A stretch of 64,000 nucleotides of DNA from Planctomycetota bacterium (GCA_016220095.1 JACRIJ010000044.1:4191-68190); one strand, 5' to 3'; positions 48,301-57,441 are shown, counted from the stretch's first letter. Notes: a model not told the origin generated them from the letters alone. Program-made: numbers and translations.

Positions 48301-49423
48301 GATTGCTGATCTGATATGTCCTTCTCCGACTGCTTAATTTCATTTCCGTCGCCGCATTCAGGATTGAACGACCGCTCATCCTTGTGCCTGCTCATTCAGG
48401 TGTGTATCCCGAGTTTCGGAAATACAATCACAGAAAGCAGTATCCATACGCCGACAACGGCAATCATTATCAATAATGACGAAATATCCATACGCGTAGT
48501 CCCATTAGTGTCTTACGTTTCAACTTCTGCACAAAAAGCACAAAAATTTAAATGTTCCGAAAACTCCAAACACGAACCCCTAAACTATAAAGCAACATAG
48601 CCGCAACCAAACAGTTGTTCGCCTTATGAAATTCTAAGCACTAAGCTCTAAATCCTAAACAAATTCTAAATCCAAATTCTCCAAACCCGGCGGACGACCA
48701 TGTTTCGGTCATTTGAGTTTAGATATTGTTTAGGCTTTCGGACTCGTCCTACGAAGCCTTGGCGCAGTAGGATTTAGGGATTAGAGTTTTATCATCCGTC
48801 AGAATGTTTGGCATTTTTCTGTAAATATTCGCGACTTCGTGTCTTCGCGGCAAAAATCGCCGCAGTTCTCAGTGTTCTCTGAGGTTGACGTCTTGTTGCG
48901 ACTGTCTATTTTCTACATATATTATACCACAAAACACGGGATTTTGTCAAGGCGGAAAAGATAATTTTTGTATCGCCTCCGTGAAAGTCGTAATTTCATA
49001 AAAAACCAAAAACAGGATTTTGTAGAGACACGCGATCGCGTGTCTCTACAGAGTTTGATTATATTTTAACTCTTGAAAGCGACCTTCACTGAGTCCTTAC
49101 TAAATTTTGCAACCCGTCAGTAAACGGGTAAACACGAACTACGGACGTTCTTTAACAGGGACTCTACAAGACCTTAAACGGGATACAACGACCTAACGAA
49201 GAATAAATAATGGGAATCCGATATCCAAGATCCGGCGCTCGGTACCCAACGCCCGGAACCTGAAATTCTAAACCCGGATATCAACCTGTTTCCTATTATA
49301 TAAGTATAGTATTATCAATACATTACACCTTAAAATCAACCTATTCGTTATTTAACATGAATTTTTCATGCTTTTTGTAAAAGACTATAAAGATTTTATT
49401 ACAAAAAAGCCGATAATAGGAGT

Positions 49424-49486
49424 GGATTAGACGATTGAAAGATTAGAAGATTACAAGATTAGAGGGTTACAAGATTTAGAAGATTT
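49424..49486. repeat. Decamer AGATTnnAAG array.
   Basis: gattagacgattgaaagattagaagattacaagattagagggttacaagatttagaagatt. Confidence 0.8.
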
Positions 49487-49519
49487 TGGACGTTCGTCCT
49501 TGATTTTTCATATTTTCGT

Positions 49520-49948
49520 ATGGAGGCGGTTATGGAGAACCTGAAACAACGGTTATTTCAAGGCAAGCGTGACTCCGCGGCCCAGGGCAGGCATCAGGGC
49601 GGCGCCCTTGCGTATGGATACACAAAGGCCTATAATCCTGAGCTGAAGGCCGTTACCCTTAAAGTGGAACCCTTTGAAGCAAGCGTAGTCATGAAGATGT
49701 ACAGGGAATATCTGAAATTCCGCAGTCTGTCGCGGGTGGTTGATTCCCTGAATTCCTGCAACATCCCTACGCGCAACGGCAAGTCATGGTCGCGGCCTGC
49801 CGTAGGCTTTATCTTATCCAACGAACTCTATCTCGGCAAGGTCAAATACGGAACCGTAAAGGCAAAAGGACTTCACTGCCCTATTATCTCGCCAATAGTA
49901 TTCAATAAAGTCCAGCAATTAAAACAACAGAACCTGAAAAAGAAATAA
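49520..49948 (+). pseudogene. Remnant of a large serine recombinase. Only the 'recombinase' domain is present; the N-terminal resolvase catalytic domain and the C-terminal zinc ribbon are missing.
   Basis: The 142-aa ORF reads QGRHQGGALAYGYTKAYNPELKAVTLKVEPFEASVVMKMYREYLKFRSLSRVVDSLNSCNIPTRNGKSWSRPAVGFILSNELYLGKVKYG. This matches the recombinase-domain pattern G..PYGY...E..VV..IF..Y..G.S...IA..LN..GI.T..GK.W....V..IL.N..Y.G. Upstream of it there are only repeats, so the catalytic domain is absent. Confidence 0.55.
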
Positions 49949-49972
49949 GAACCCGTCTTGGGGGATAAAAAA

Positions 49973-51130
49973 ATGAAGACAAAATTGAGATTCAAACGCA
50001 AACTCGCCAAATATAAATGGCTCGCGCTCGCGGCATTTGCCGCGTTCATCTTCATAGAAACTCAGGTATGGCTGATTTACCGGAATACGCAGAATAACAG
50101 ACAGGGGATTCATGAAAACACCAAATCCGTTGCCGAACTGCGCGAAGACGCGGACAACGCCAATAACGCGATAGCCGCGGTCAACGGACGGATTGACGAA
50201 TCTGAAACCGCATCCAGGACAAACATCCAAAATCTCCGGGGACAGCTTAACAGCGCATCTTCGGATACATGGGAACGTCTTGCGGCCATTGAAAAGGAAA
50301 ACAAATCCAATCTGCTTTTCACAATGGAAGGCATGGCAAAATTGGATAAGATGGCGCATGACACCGCTCTAAATACGGATGAACTCAACAATGCCATGCT
50401 TTATCCGTCCGTACAAATTTCCGTAGGCACAGGTATCGGTGCCGGCATAATCGTATACAGCAAACCTGAAACCGGCGGAAACAACTTCCATACCTACGCC
50501 CTCACCGCGCACCACGTCATTTCGCGCGCCATAAAACGCATCGGCGCCATAGAAATCCGCGACAAGGTGTCCGTCACGGCCTTTTTCCCCGACGGCAGTT
50601 CCACGATATTCCAGGCCGATATAGTCAGTTACAATGAATCAAAAGACATGGCAATCCTGAAAATCTGCTCCACCGACAAATTCAACAATACGGCTGTATT
50701 TATGCCCAGGGCTGAGCTTAAAAACATTAAACCATTTACCGGCCTATACGCCATAGGATGCCCTCTCGGCAACTGCCCTATGCCGAGTTCCGGCGAGCTC
50801 ATGTCTAAATCCAAATTTATCAACGGGGAAAATTTCTGGATGATGAATGCGCCTACGATTTACGGAAACTCCGGCGGCGGAATTTTCATCGCAGACACTG
50901 GAAAACTTATCGGCATCTCGTCAATGATTTGCGTATATGACAATTTCATTTCCATACCCGTCGCGCACCTGGGCATTATGGTGCCACCGGATATGATTTA
51001 TGACTGGCTGGATTCGCAGTATTACAGATTCCTCTATGACAATGCAATTTCAAAAGAAACCTGCGAAACCGAAAGGAAAGAGGCGCGTAAGACTACGCCG
51101 GAAATAGTGAGAGTGACGTGGGAATACTAA
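49973..51130 (+). CDS. Membrane-anchored trypsin-like (chymotrypsin fold, S1) serine protease with an N-terminal TM and a coiled-coil segment.
   Basis: The TM helix is YKWLALAAFAAFIFIETQVWLIY. A coiled coil of about 100 aa follows. The catalytic-triad candidates are His in LTAHHV, Asp in KDMAILK and Ser in GNSGGGIF. The start was moved to MKTKLRF at 49973 (after GGGGATAAAAAA); the ORF track gives 49958. Confidence 0.7.
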   Translation: MKTKLRFKRKLAKYKWLALAAFAAFIFIETQVWLIYRNTQNNRQGIHENTKSVAELREDADNANNAIAAVNGRIDESETASRTNIQNLRGQLNSASSDTWERLAAIEKENKSNLLFTMEGMAKLDKMAHDTALNTDELNNAMLYPSVQISVGTGIGAGIIVYSKPETGGNNFHTYALTAHHVISRAIKRIGAIEIRDKVSVTAFFPDGSSTIFQADIVSYNESKDMAILKICSTDKFNNTAVFMPRAELKNIKPFTGLYAIGCPLGNCPMPSSGELMSKSKFINGENFWMMNAPTIYGNSGGGIFIADTGKLIGISSMICVYDNFISIPVAHLGIMVPPDMIYDWLDSQYYRFLYDNAISKETCETERKEARKTTPEIVRVTWEY

Positions 51131-51167
51131 CGAAGTGGCGAGTAACCAGCAGCGAAGTGTGTCTCGT

Positions 51168-51295
51168 TGAAGCTCCCTGTAGCAAGCTACAGGGAATCTT
51201 CTCGTCTAAGGAAAACGAATATTGTATTGTGCCTGCTTACCCTGCAGCAAGCTGCAGGGAATTCGCAGGCAGTGACGATTAAAGTCTCGTCCAGT
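51168..51295. repeat. Composite hairpin repeat element (family D), copy b.
   Basis: tgaagctccctgtagcaagctacagggaatcttctcgtctaaggaaaacgaatattgtattgtgcctgcttaccctgcagcaagctgcagggaattcgcaggcagtgacgattaaa. Confidence 0.7.
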
Positions 51296-51784
51296 CCCTG
51301 TTATAACGCAAGGAGGAAGAGGGAAAAATGAAGGAGGAAGGATGAACGATAGGTGAAAGGTTATAGGTGATAGGTGATAGAATGATAGTCAGTTCAATCC
51401 GTTTAATCTGTTGTAAAAACGTTTCCTGTTTCTCGATTCAATCCTGCTTATTCTTATAGGAATGGAATAATTCCGGAAACAGCATAAAACCTATTACTAT
51501 CCCTGCCACGGCAGGGAAAAACGGATTGCCCGTGAACATTCAGGTCGTCGGCCTGCAAGAGGCCAGGTAATAAATACCGTAACCGGCTGTTCCCCCCAAA
51601 AGCCCGCCCGCTATTCTGTAAAACCAGATTTTCATAAAGCCGTAATCCTGATAGTTGAAAGGTGAACAGGTGACCGCAGTTGAAAAGGGGTTAGACAAAC
51701 ATTGAAACGACGTCGTTCGTTCAACTATCAACTCTCTACTTTCAACTGCTCTGCATTTTTTAGCGGCTTTGCCGCTAAAAAATG

Positions 51785-51856
51785 CTACCCGGGGGGGACT
51801 CGAACCTCCAAAAAGAGAACCAAAACCTCTTGTGTTACCAATTACACTACCGGGTA
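51785..51856 (-). tRNA. tRNA-Gln (anticodon UUG).
   Basis: The minus strand folds by hand as TACCCGG-TA-GTGT-AATTGGTA-ACAC-A-AGAGG-TTTTGGT-TCTCT-TTTT-GGAGG-TTCGAGT-CCCCC-CCGGGTA-G. It has a 7-bp acceptor stem with U1-A72 and discriminator G73, both GlnRS identity elements in E. coli. The D-loop carries GG, the anticodon loop has U33-UUG-G37, and the T-loop is TTCGAGT. There is one A-C mismatch in the T-stem and no encoded CCA. Confidence 0.65.
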
Positions 51857-51935
51857 CTATGTGAAATTAAGATTTAAGATTTTTATTAAATTATTCCTAC
51901 AGTGTAAGCTGAAATGCCCGAATTTATCAACTGTC

Positions 51936-52055
51936 AAATCTGCAATCTTTAATCGTAATCTGAAATCTGCAATCTTCTAATCCTGCAATCTTCTAATCCT
52001 GCAATCTTCTAATCCTGCAATCTTCTAATCTTGTAATCTTCTAATCTTGTAATCC
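51936..52055. repeat. Tandem 16-bp (2x8) array tgcaatcttctaatcc x about 5.5, directly downstream of the hup stop.
   Basis: tgcaatctttaatcgtaatctgaaatctgcaatcttctaatcctgcaatcttctaatcctgcaatcttctaatcctgcaatcttctaatcttgtaatcttctaatcttgtaatcc. Confidence 0.85.
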
Positions 52056-52059
52056 ATAC

Positions 52060-52338
52060 TCACAGCTCTTTCATACGGAGCTTAAACATCTTACCGGGCT
52101 TGAATTTCACCACCTTACGCTCGGGAATAGGAACTGCTTCACGTGTTTTAGGGTTCCTTCCTATGCGCGGTTTACGGGTTTTAACCTCAAATACCCCGAA
52201 ATTCCTGAGTTCAAGCCGTTTATCTTTTATAAGTATCTCAATGACATAATCCAACACACCCTGGACTACCTTTAAGGTCACGCCCTTAGGCACGCCGTAT
52301 TTATCGCTGAGCAAATATGCCAATTCCTTTTTTGTCAC
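52060..52338 (-). CDS. hup: HU/IHF-family DNA-binding protein.
   Basis: MTKKELAYLLSDKYGVPKGVTLKVVQGVLDYVIEIL...GRNPKTREAVPIPERKVVKFKPGKMFK. Confidence 0.9.
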   Translation of the reverse strand: MTKKELAYLLSDKYGVPKGVTLKVVQGVLDYVIEILIKDKRLELRNFGVFEVKTRKPRIGRNPKTREAVPIPERKVVKFKPGKMFKLRMKEL

Positions 52339-52410
52339 CGCTTAAAACCTCCATTAATCCGTATCTCTTATCTGTAATCTCAAAACCCGTGATCGTAATA
52401 CTACGTCGCA

Positions 52411-52590
52411 TTTCATCGTCATCCGTCGTCATCCGTCGTCATTCGTCATCATTCGTCATCATTCGTCGTTATTCGTCGTATCGTCGTTATTCGTCGTAAT
52501 TCGTCGTAATCGTCGTATTCGTCGTATTCGTCGTATTCGTCGTAATCTTGCAATCCGTAATCTTCTAATCTTAGAATCTACAATATATAT
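52411..52590. repeat. 9-mer tandem array (tcgtcgtat/tcatccgtcg units, about 15 copies) followed by a decamer motif, directly upstream of hup.
   Basis: tcatccgtcgtcatccgtcgtcattcgtcatcattcgtcatcattcgtcgttattcgtcgtatcgtcgttattcgtcgtaattcgtcgtaatcgtcgtattcgtcgtattcgtcgtattcgtcgtaatcttgcaatccgtaatcttctaatcttagaatc. The ORF-track entry 52317..52499 (+) is a translation artefact of this array. Confidence 0.85.
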
Positions 52591-52615
52591 GTGGTTCTGT
52601 CAAGCAAAATTATAA

Positions 52616-53785
52616 TCATTGCTGTGCGGTTTCAAAATTGAAATCGTACACGCTCGCCGTTATAGTCACGAGCACCGGCGCCGGCAGGTAGTATTCGCTC
52701 GGCCTGTACTTACCGCCTTCAAGGTCCTCCTTAGATATGGTTTCAGTCCTGTTATCCGGCAGATTACCCAACTTGCGTATCTTGATGCCTGTAACCTGAA
52801 GGTACGGCGTATACTGGTCGTCCACCTTCAAAAGACTGCTTATCAAAAGAGGAATATCCTCATATCTTATCCTGACCGCGACCCCGAAATTAATCAACGA
52901 GCCATCCGCAAAATTCGGCTTACCCGGCTGTGATATCTTATCGGCCTTGCCCCAGTAGTTGCTTATGAGTTTTTCGTAATCGGTCTTATTGGTCTCAAAC
53001 GCCATCTTCTCAAACTGCGTAACAATCGCGTCTTCCGTTCCGTCCGGTTTCGTAACGAACATCGCGTTAACGACCTTTTCAAGCACATTAAACTGCTTCT
53101 GAAATACCTTAAGGTTTTCTCTCTTAGAAAACGCATTTACGTCAGGCTTCGGCAGTACCGAAGAAGCCGCCGCGCCGGTTATCATTGACGATTCCATCTG
53201 CACCCTGGCTTTAATGAACCTGCTTTCAAGATTGTTCATTTCGTCCTTATAACGCGTCTGAAAATACGTCAAATCCGGCAAGCCGTCATTGGCGAGTTTC
53301 ATATCCTCAAACCACCTCTCAAGGATTTCATCGCCCTTCTTGTAATTTTCAATTATTTTCGCTTTTTCAGCATTAAGCGCCTCGACATATTTCGTGGTTT
53401 CATCTATGTATGTCTTGGCCGGATCTTCCTTGACCAGCACAGTACCGCATATCTGGCAATTTCCGGGCTTTTCCTGTGCGGGCTCGTCCTTGTGCACAGG
53501 GCAGATGTACTTGTCTTTAATCTTGTAATCAGCCACAGGATCTTTCATTATCAGCGGTTTCTGGCATTCGGGACACTCGCCGGCCTGATAATACGTCGCA
53601 TCCGGATGGTCACTGCACAAATAATTGGGCAATGTATCGCGAAGAAAAGTCTCCTTGGCTTCGTCAAACTCCGTCTTCCGGCCATTTATATAAAAAGCAT
53701 AAACCAGGACAAGCGCAATGATAATGCACATCATGATAAGCCAAATCGGGTTCTTGCGTATTTCACTTATAATATTGTCAAGCAT
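52616..53785 (-). CDS. PilO-like pilus assembly membrane protein (assigned by position after pilMN) carrying two tandem CxxC heavy-metal-binding-domain-like motifs.
   Basis: The N-terminal TM is PIWLIMMCIIIALVLVYAFYI. It is followed by YLCSDHPDATYYQAGECPECQKPLIMKD and YICPVHKDEPAQEKPGNCQICGTVLVKED. These resemble the HMBD found in CusB/CopA-type proteins (YxCPMHPxxxxxxPGxCPxCGMxL). A coiled-coil-rich periplasmic region follows. Confidence 0.45.
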   Translation of the reverse strand: MLDNIISEIRKNPIWLIMMCIIIALVLVYAFYINGRKTEFDEAKETFLRDTLPNYLCSDHPDATYYQAGECPECQKPLIMKDPVADYKIKDKYICPVHKDEPAQEKPGNCQICGTVLVKEDPAKTYIDETTKYVEALNAEKAKIIENYKKGDEILERWFEDMKLANDGLPDLTYFQTRYKDEMNNLESRFIKARVQMESSMITGAAASSVLPKPDVNAFSKRENLKVFQKQFNVLEKVVNAMFVTKPDGTEDAIVTQFEKMAFETNKTDYEKLISNYWGKADKISQPGKPNFADGSLINFGVAVRIRYEDIPLLISSLLKVDDQYTPYLQVTGIKIRKLGNLPDNRTETISKEDLEGGKYRPSEYYLPAPVLVTITASVYDFNFETAQQ

Positions 53786-53787
53786 CT

Positions 53788-55803
53788 TTAGATTCCTCCG
53801 TTACCATTCATGGGAATTTCATAAATCACATCGTATTTATTATAGCGCGTCTTTTCCGCGCCGGCATCTTCGGGTTCCAACGGCTCCAGCCCCTTAAGAT
53901 AATTCGCCAGGCCTAGGTCTTTTATATCGGGTTCATGAGCCAATTTCATGCCGCAGGCCTCTTCAATCCTGCCCGCAAGCCGTGTCGTGAAAATCTTCTT
54001 GAGGCTGTCCAGTGTATCAGTGCCTTTACTGCGCGCCTCAATAGCGCATGTTACAGTCAGCCTGAACACGTCCGGCTGATTTGCCTGTCCTGAACTTGAA
54101 TACGCGCGGACGTCAAGCACCCATACGGGTGTAAGATTGCCCAGCAATGCCCACAAACGGCCGGTGCTCTTCCATCTGGAATAAGCATCTTTCTGCGTTG
54201 CGTCCAGCAAAGCGGCAATTTCATCATCCGCGGCCTTTTCAAGCCCGTTCAACGTATTATTAAAAGCCGCAAAGGCCTCAGGGCTCTTATCAGCGGATTT
54301 GGAAAAGTTCCTGCTCTCTGAAGCCACTTTGTCAAAATGCTTCCGCAATGCCTGCGTGATTTTCGCCTTTTGCGCGTCATCTTTCAGCGTGATGCCCGCG
54401 GATGCTATCTTGTCCAGCACGGATTCATCGCTTATTTCCGCAACAACGGCGTTCACCGAATTCAGCGTCTTTAACGGCAGGTCCCTGTGTTCGCCTATCT
54501 TTGACAGCGTATTCAATTCCTGCAATACCGGCTGGATTTTATTGATGACTTCCTTCAGGCTCTCGCGGTTCCTGCCTATCTTCTGCTGAATACTATCCTT
54601 GTCCGCCCTGTTTATATCAAGGCCTGCCAGATTTTCACTGACATTGCTGTAAGACGCGTAAACCGTCAATCCGAGCAAAGCGGCGGCCGCGGCGACAAAC
54701 GGCACTTTTTTCATTATCTTGCGGTGATTAATAATCTCCTGCGGCATCAAATTGACTTTATTTTCCGAGATGCCGAGCCCCTGCAACGCGAGCCCCAAAG
54801 CTACGCCCAGGGAAGGCATGTATTTTTTCAGCATAGCCGAATCCACTTTTTCCGTCACTGCAATATGCTCAATGGCCTCTAATTTCAACGGTTTCAACTG
54901 CAGGCTCTGGTGCATGAAATTAGCGAAACCGTGCACCTGCGACGAACTGCCTGTAAGGACGATGCTTTCAAATTGCGCCGTCTTATGCACCGATTTATAC
55001 CATCCTATGGAACGGTTTATCTCCACGGACAGGGTCTTCATTAAAGGCATGAGGAGCTTATAAACTTCCTTCATTTTTTCCGGCTGGCTCGTGAGTTTCA
55101 ACTTCTCGGCCTCGGCAAAATTCAGATGGATCTTGCCCTGGAGTTCCTTGGTAAAATCGTTGCCTGCCACGGGAAGGTTCCTCAGCCAGACGCGTTTATC
55201 ATTTTTCTGGTTTTCAATGATTATAAGGTCGGTATTGCTTGAGCCCAGGTCAAGTACTATGCTGTTCGTATCCGCAAACTGATAGATAACGAAATTATAC
55301 AGCGCTATCGGAGCGAACTGCAGGACATCCACGCGCAGTTTAGCGACGTTGACGTGTTCAAGGAACTGGTTAACGATGTCATTTTTTATTGCGAACAGAA
55401 TATATTCGCGTTCCTCATCGGGTTTGTATTCCCTGTCAAAAAACTGATAACCCCAGATGACCTCGTTCAAAGGCAGAGGTATATTGCCCTCGGCCTGGAC
55501 GCGTATATTGCTTTCAAGGTCTTCAGGTTTGACGTCGGGATTGATTTTAATAAGCCGTGTAAATGACGAACGGCTGGGAAGCGAACAAGCGACCGTGCTG
55601 CCGGCCGGTTTATTCCTTGACCTGAATTCAGCCATAGCAGTCCTGATTTGAGCCGCTACCTGGTCGGCATCCTGAATGTCCGGCAGGAGCGGATATTCAA
55701 TGACATCCAGGCCGGCCAATTCAACACCCTCAGCCCCAAGCTGTAGTTTTACCGCCTTTATTGAGGAGTGACTTACGTCAATCCCCCAGGAACTAATAGC
55801 CAT
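53788..55803 (-). CDS. pilMN: Type IV pilus assembly PilM-PilN fusion protein.
   Basis: The PilM actin-like N-terminus is MAISSWGIDVSHSSIKAVKL. The PilN segment VNLMPQEIINHRKIMKKVPFVAAAAALLGLTVYASY (the 'NLLP' motif plus a TM helix) lies mid-protein. The ORF-track start at 55818 is TTG; the ATG at 55803 sits 8 nt after GGAGG. Confidence 0.7.
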   Translation of the reverse strand: MAISSWGIDVSHSSIKAVKLQLGAEGVELAGLDVIEYPLLPDIQDADQVAAQIRTAMAEFRSRNKPAGSTVACSLPSRSSFTRLIKINPDVKPEDLESNIRVQAEGNIPLPLNEVIWGYQFFDREYKPDEEREYILFAIKNDIVNQFLEHVNVAKLRVDVLQFAPIALYNFVIYQFADTNSIVLDLGSSNTDLIIIENQKNDKRVWLRNLPVAGNDFTKELQGKIHLNFAEAEKLKLTSQPEKMKEVYKLLMPLMKTLSVEINRSIGWYKSVHKTAQFESIVLTGSSSQVHGFANFMHQSLQLKPLKLEAIEHIAVTEKVDSAMLKKYMPSLGVALGLALQGLGISENKVNLMPQEIINHRKIMKKVPFVAAAAALLGLTVYASYSNVSENLAGLDINRADKDSIQQKIGRNRESLKEVINKIQPVLQELNTLSKIGEHRDLPLKTLNSVNAVVAEISDESVLDKIASAGITLKDDAQKAKITQALRKHFDKVASESRNFSKSADKSPEAFAAFNNTLNGLEKAADDEIAALLDATQKDAYSRWKSTGRLWALLGNLTPVWVLDVRAYSSSGQANQPDVFRLTVTCAIEARSKGTDTLDSLKKIFTTRLAGRIEEACGMKLAHEPDIKDLGLANYLKGLEPLEPEDAGAEKTRYNKYDVIYEIPMNGNGGI

Positions 55804-55900
55804 CAAAACTGCCTCCAATAATTACATCAAAAACGTAACTATTATTATTATCAACAAATTATATTCAAGTCAATAAAAAAACACCTGTTCAAGCGCCGTT

Positions 55901-56530
55901 CTACTTATTCGCCGGAGCGAGGACTTTTTTCATTATGCCGTCCTTCAGCATCGCGGCTTCGCTGGTAAGGTTGTCCACTTCCTTGCGCACCTGTAAAATA
56001 AGGTTATCCTCTTTTATCAGGCCGAGGTTGACAAGGACGTTCATCTTGCATCCGTTCAGCGCGGCCTCGGTCAAAAGCGCGCCTGTGCCGATATCGCTTA
56101 TTAGATTGGGATTGGATATCCCGATAAGTTCATGATGGAGTTTCAACACGTCCAGACATATGCGCATGCCGCGCAGGGGAACTTCCATTGCGTACTTGAG
56201 GGCCTTCTGGAGTTCAGCCCTGCGGTGTTCCTTCTGGCCGGCTTCGTTCTTAGGAAGCGTCCACGCCTTGGTAACGGCCTCATACGCGCGAATGTCTTCT
56301 TCCACAAGACTGAACAGCCGCTCCGTGCGCTCCGAAAGCTGTTTAGCCGCTTCTTTAAGCCTGTGTTCATGATCCTTAAGTTCGGGCTTGCCTACTGAAA
56401 AACTTACCGTCATACTGCCGAGCGCGGCGCCGAGCGCGGCTACATACGCCGAAACGCTCCCGCCTCCGGGAGTAGGTGTAGGCGCGGCAGTGATTTCAAG
56501 GAATTTTTTCAGGGTTTCGTTCTCAAACAT
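55901..56530 (-). CDS. Cyclodeaminase/cyclohydrolase family protein (FtcD C-terminal domain-like; formimidoyl- or methenyl-tetrahydrofolate).
   Basis: MFENETLKKFLEITAAPTPTPGGGSVSAYVAALGAALGSMTV is characteristic of the FTCD_C family. Confidence 0.7.
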   Translation of the reverse strand: MFENETLKKFLEITAAPTPTPGGGSVSAYVAALGAALGSMTVSFSVGKPELKDHEHRLKEAAKQLSERTERLFSLVEEDIRAYEAVTKAWTLPKNEAGQKEHRRAELQKALKYAMEVPLRGMRICLDVLKLHHELIGISNPNLISDIGTGALLTEAALNGCKMNVLVNLGLIKEDNLILQVRKEVDNLTSEAAMLKDGIMKKVLAPANK

Positions 56531-56634
56531 CATAATAATATTCCTCCAGTTAAACTGATTTATTGCCACTAAGACACGAGGTCACGAAGCACGCTTCTAT
56601 AAAAAACGTCCTTCGTGTCTTCGCGCCTTCGTGG

Positions 56635-57441
56635 CTAATAAACGTTCATTTTATTATAAAAAATTCTTTCGGCATTTGCAAGGATTACATCCGCTATACG
56701 GCGCTTGGAAACGTTGTTTAATTTCATTGCCGAATCCTTGCACCCTGACATCCTATCTCCTTTCGTCTCGTCCTTCATTTTCCATTTTTCATTTTTCATT
56801 TTCCCCTCTTCGCCGGCCGTCCTTCCTTCTTCATTTTTCATTTTTCCTCCTTCGTCAACCGCCCGTCGTCCGTTTAACCTGTCACCTTTAACCTTTAACC
56901 TATCACCTGTTATAATCCACGCACTGCTCTTATCCGCTCCTATCGCCTTCACCGTATTCAATACGACCATATCAAGTTTTTTCTTATTAAGCTTATCCAC
57001 GGCGTAATCCATATTAAAATCCGCCTCAAGCGCGAAACCTATGACGACCTGGTATTTTTTCTTAGTTCTTGCAACCTCCGCCAGAATATCCGGCGTCTTG
57101 ACCAATCTTAGCGCCATTGCCGTTTTTCCTTTTTTCATCTTGCCTTTTATTTTCAGGGCCGGCATATAATCGCTTACCGCGGCGGCCATAATAAGACAAT
57201 CGCAATTTTTGAAATGTTTCAGGGTTTGTTTCAGCATATCGCGCGCGGAAATGACATTAACGTTTTTTACGCCGCGCGGCGGCTTGACATCAACCGGACC
57301 GGAAATGAATGTAACCTTATGCCCCCTGCGCCTTGCGGCCTCAGCCAAACAACAGCCCATCCTGCCGCTGGAGGCATTACTGATGTATCGCACGTCGTCT
57401 ATGTGTTCCCGGGTGGGACCCGAGGTAACTAATATCCTCAT
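56635..57441 (-). CDS. coaB: Phosphopantothenate--cysteine ligase (CoaB domain only), with an in-frame Lys/Glu-rich insertion of about 50 aa encoded by an intergenic-type repeat.
   Basis: MRILVTSGPTREHIDDVRYISNASSGRMG matches the CoaB N-terminus. The conserved C-terminal helix SKRRIADVILANAERIFYNK is present. Between them, DRLNGRRAVDEGGKMKNEEGRTAGEEGKMKNEKWKMKDETKGDRMSGC is encoded by 56760-56905. The same tcatttttcat/aatgaaaaatgaagga repeat occurs in spacers at 28185-28225, 51305-51345 and 57445-57490. Confidence 0.85.
   Translation of the reverse strand: MRILVTSGPTREHIDDVRYISNASSGRMGCCLAEAARRRGHKVTFISGPVDVKPPRGVKNVNVISARDMLKQTLKHFKNCDCLIMAAAVSDYMPALKIKGKMKKGKTAMALRLVKTPDILAEVARTKKKYQVVIGFALEADFNMDYAVDKLNKKKLDMVVLNTVKAIGADKSSAWIITGDRLKVKGDRLNGRRAVDEGGKMKNEEGRTAGEEGKMKNEKWKMKDETKGDRMSGCKDSAMKLNNVSKRRIADVILANAERIFYNKMNVY
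56760..56905. repeat. Dispersed tcatttttcat / ttaacc repeat lying inside the coaB reading frame.
   Basis: tccttcattttccatttttcatttttcattttcccctcttcgccggccgtccttccttcttcatttttcatttttcctccttcgtcaaccgcccgtcgtccgtttaacctgtcacctttaacctttaacctatcacctg. Confidence 0.7.

Noticed and set aside
48125-48600. ORFs 48125..48379 (-) and 48316..48600 (+) upstream of the giant gene.
   Set aside because: They overlap repeat elements and a terminator-like hairpin. They have no RBS or motifs. The region is more plausibly non-coding regulatory DNA.
51540-51731. Small ORF. The C-terminal 31 aa, MKIWFYRIAGGLLGGTAGYGIYYLASCRPTT, would be a glycine-zipper micro-membrane protein just downstream of tRNA-Gln.
   Set aside because: The RBS is weak (agga), there is no conservation evidence, and it lies in a repeat-dense spacer. 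Too uncertain to call.
51785-51857. Alternative tRNA fold with a G1 start at 51857.
   Set aside because: It gives a terminal G-G mismatch. The U1-A72 fold starting at 51856 pairs perfectly and fits the tRNA-Gln identity elements.
52317-52499. 60-aa plus-strand ORF translating as RRISSSSVVIRRHSSSFVIIRRYSSYRRYSS.
   Set aside because: It is a pure translation of the 9-mer tandem array upstream of hup and is not a gene.
51936-52590. Considered whether the short tandem arrays (decamer, 9-mer, 16-mer) could be CRISPR arrays.
   Set aside because: The units are 8-16 bp with no unique spacers and no cas genes. They are microsatellite-like arrays, not CRISPR.
53788-55818. ORF-track start of pilMN at 55818.
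   Set aside because: Position 55818..55816 is a TTG codon. An in-frame ATG at 55803, 8 nt after GGAGG, is the more likely start.
56631-57007. Plus-strand ORFs 56631..56891 and 56705..57007 with Ser/Phe/Pro-rich products.
   Set aside because: They are antisense to coaB and run through the tcatttttcat repeat, so they are artefacts.
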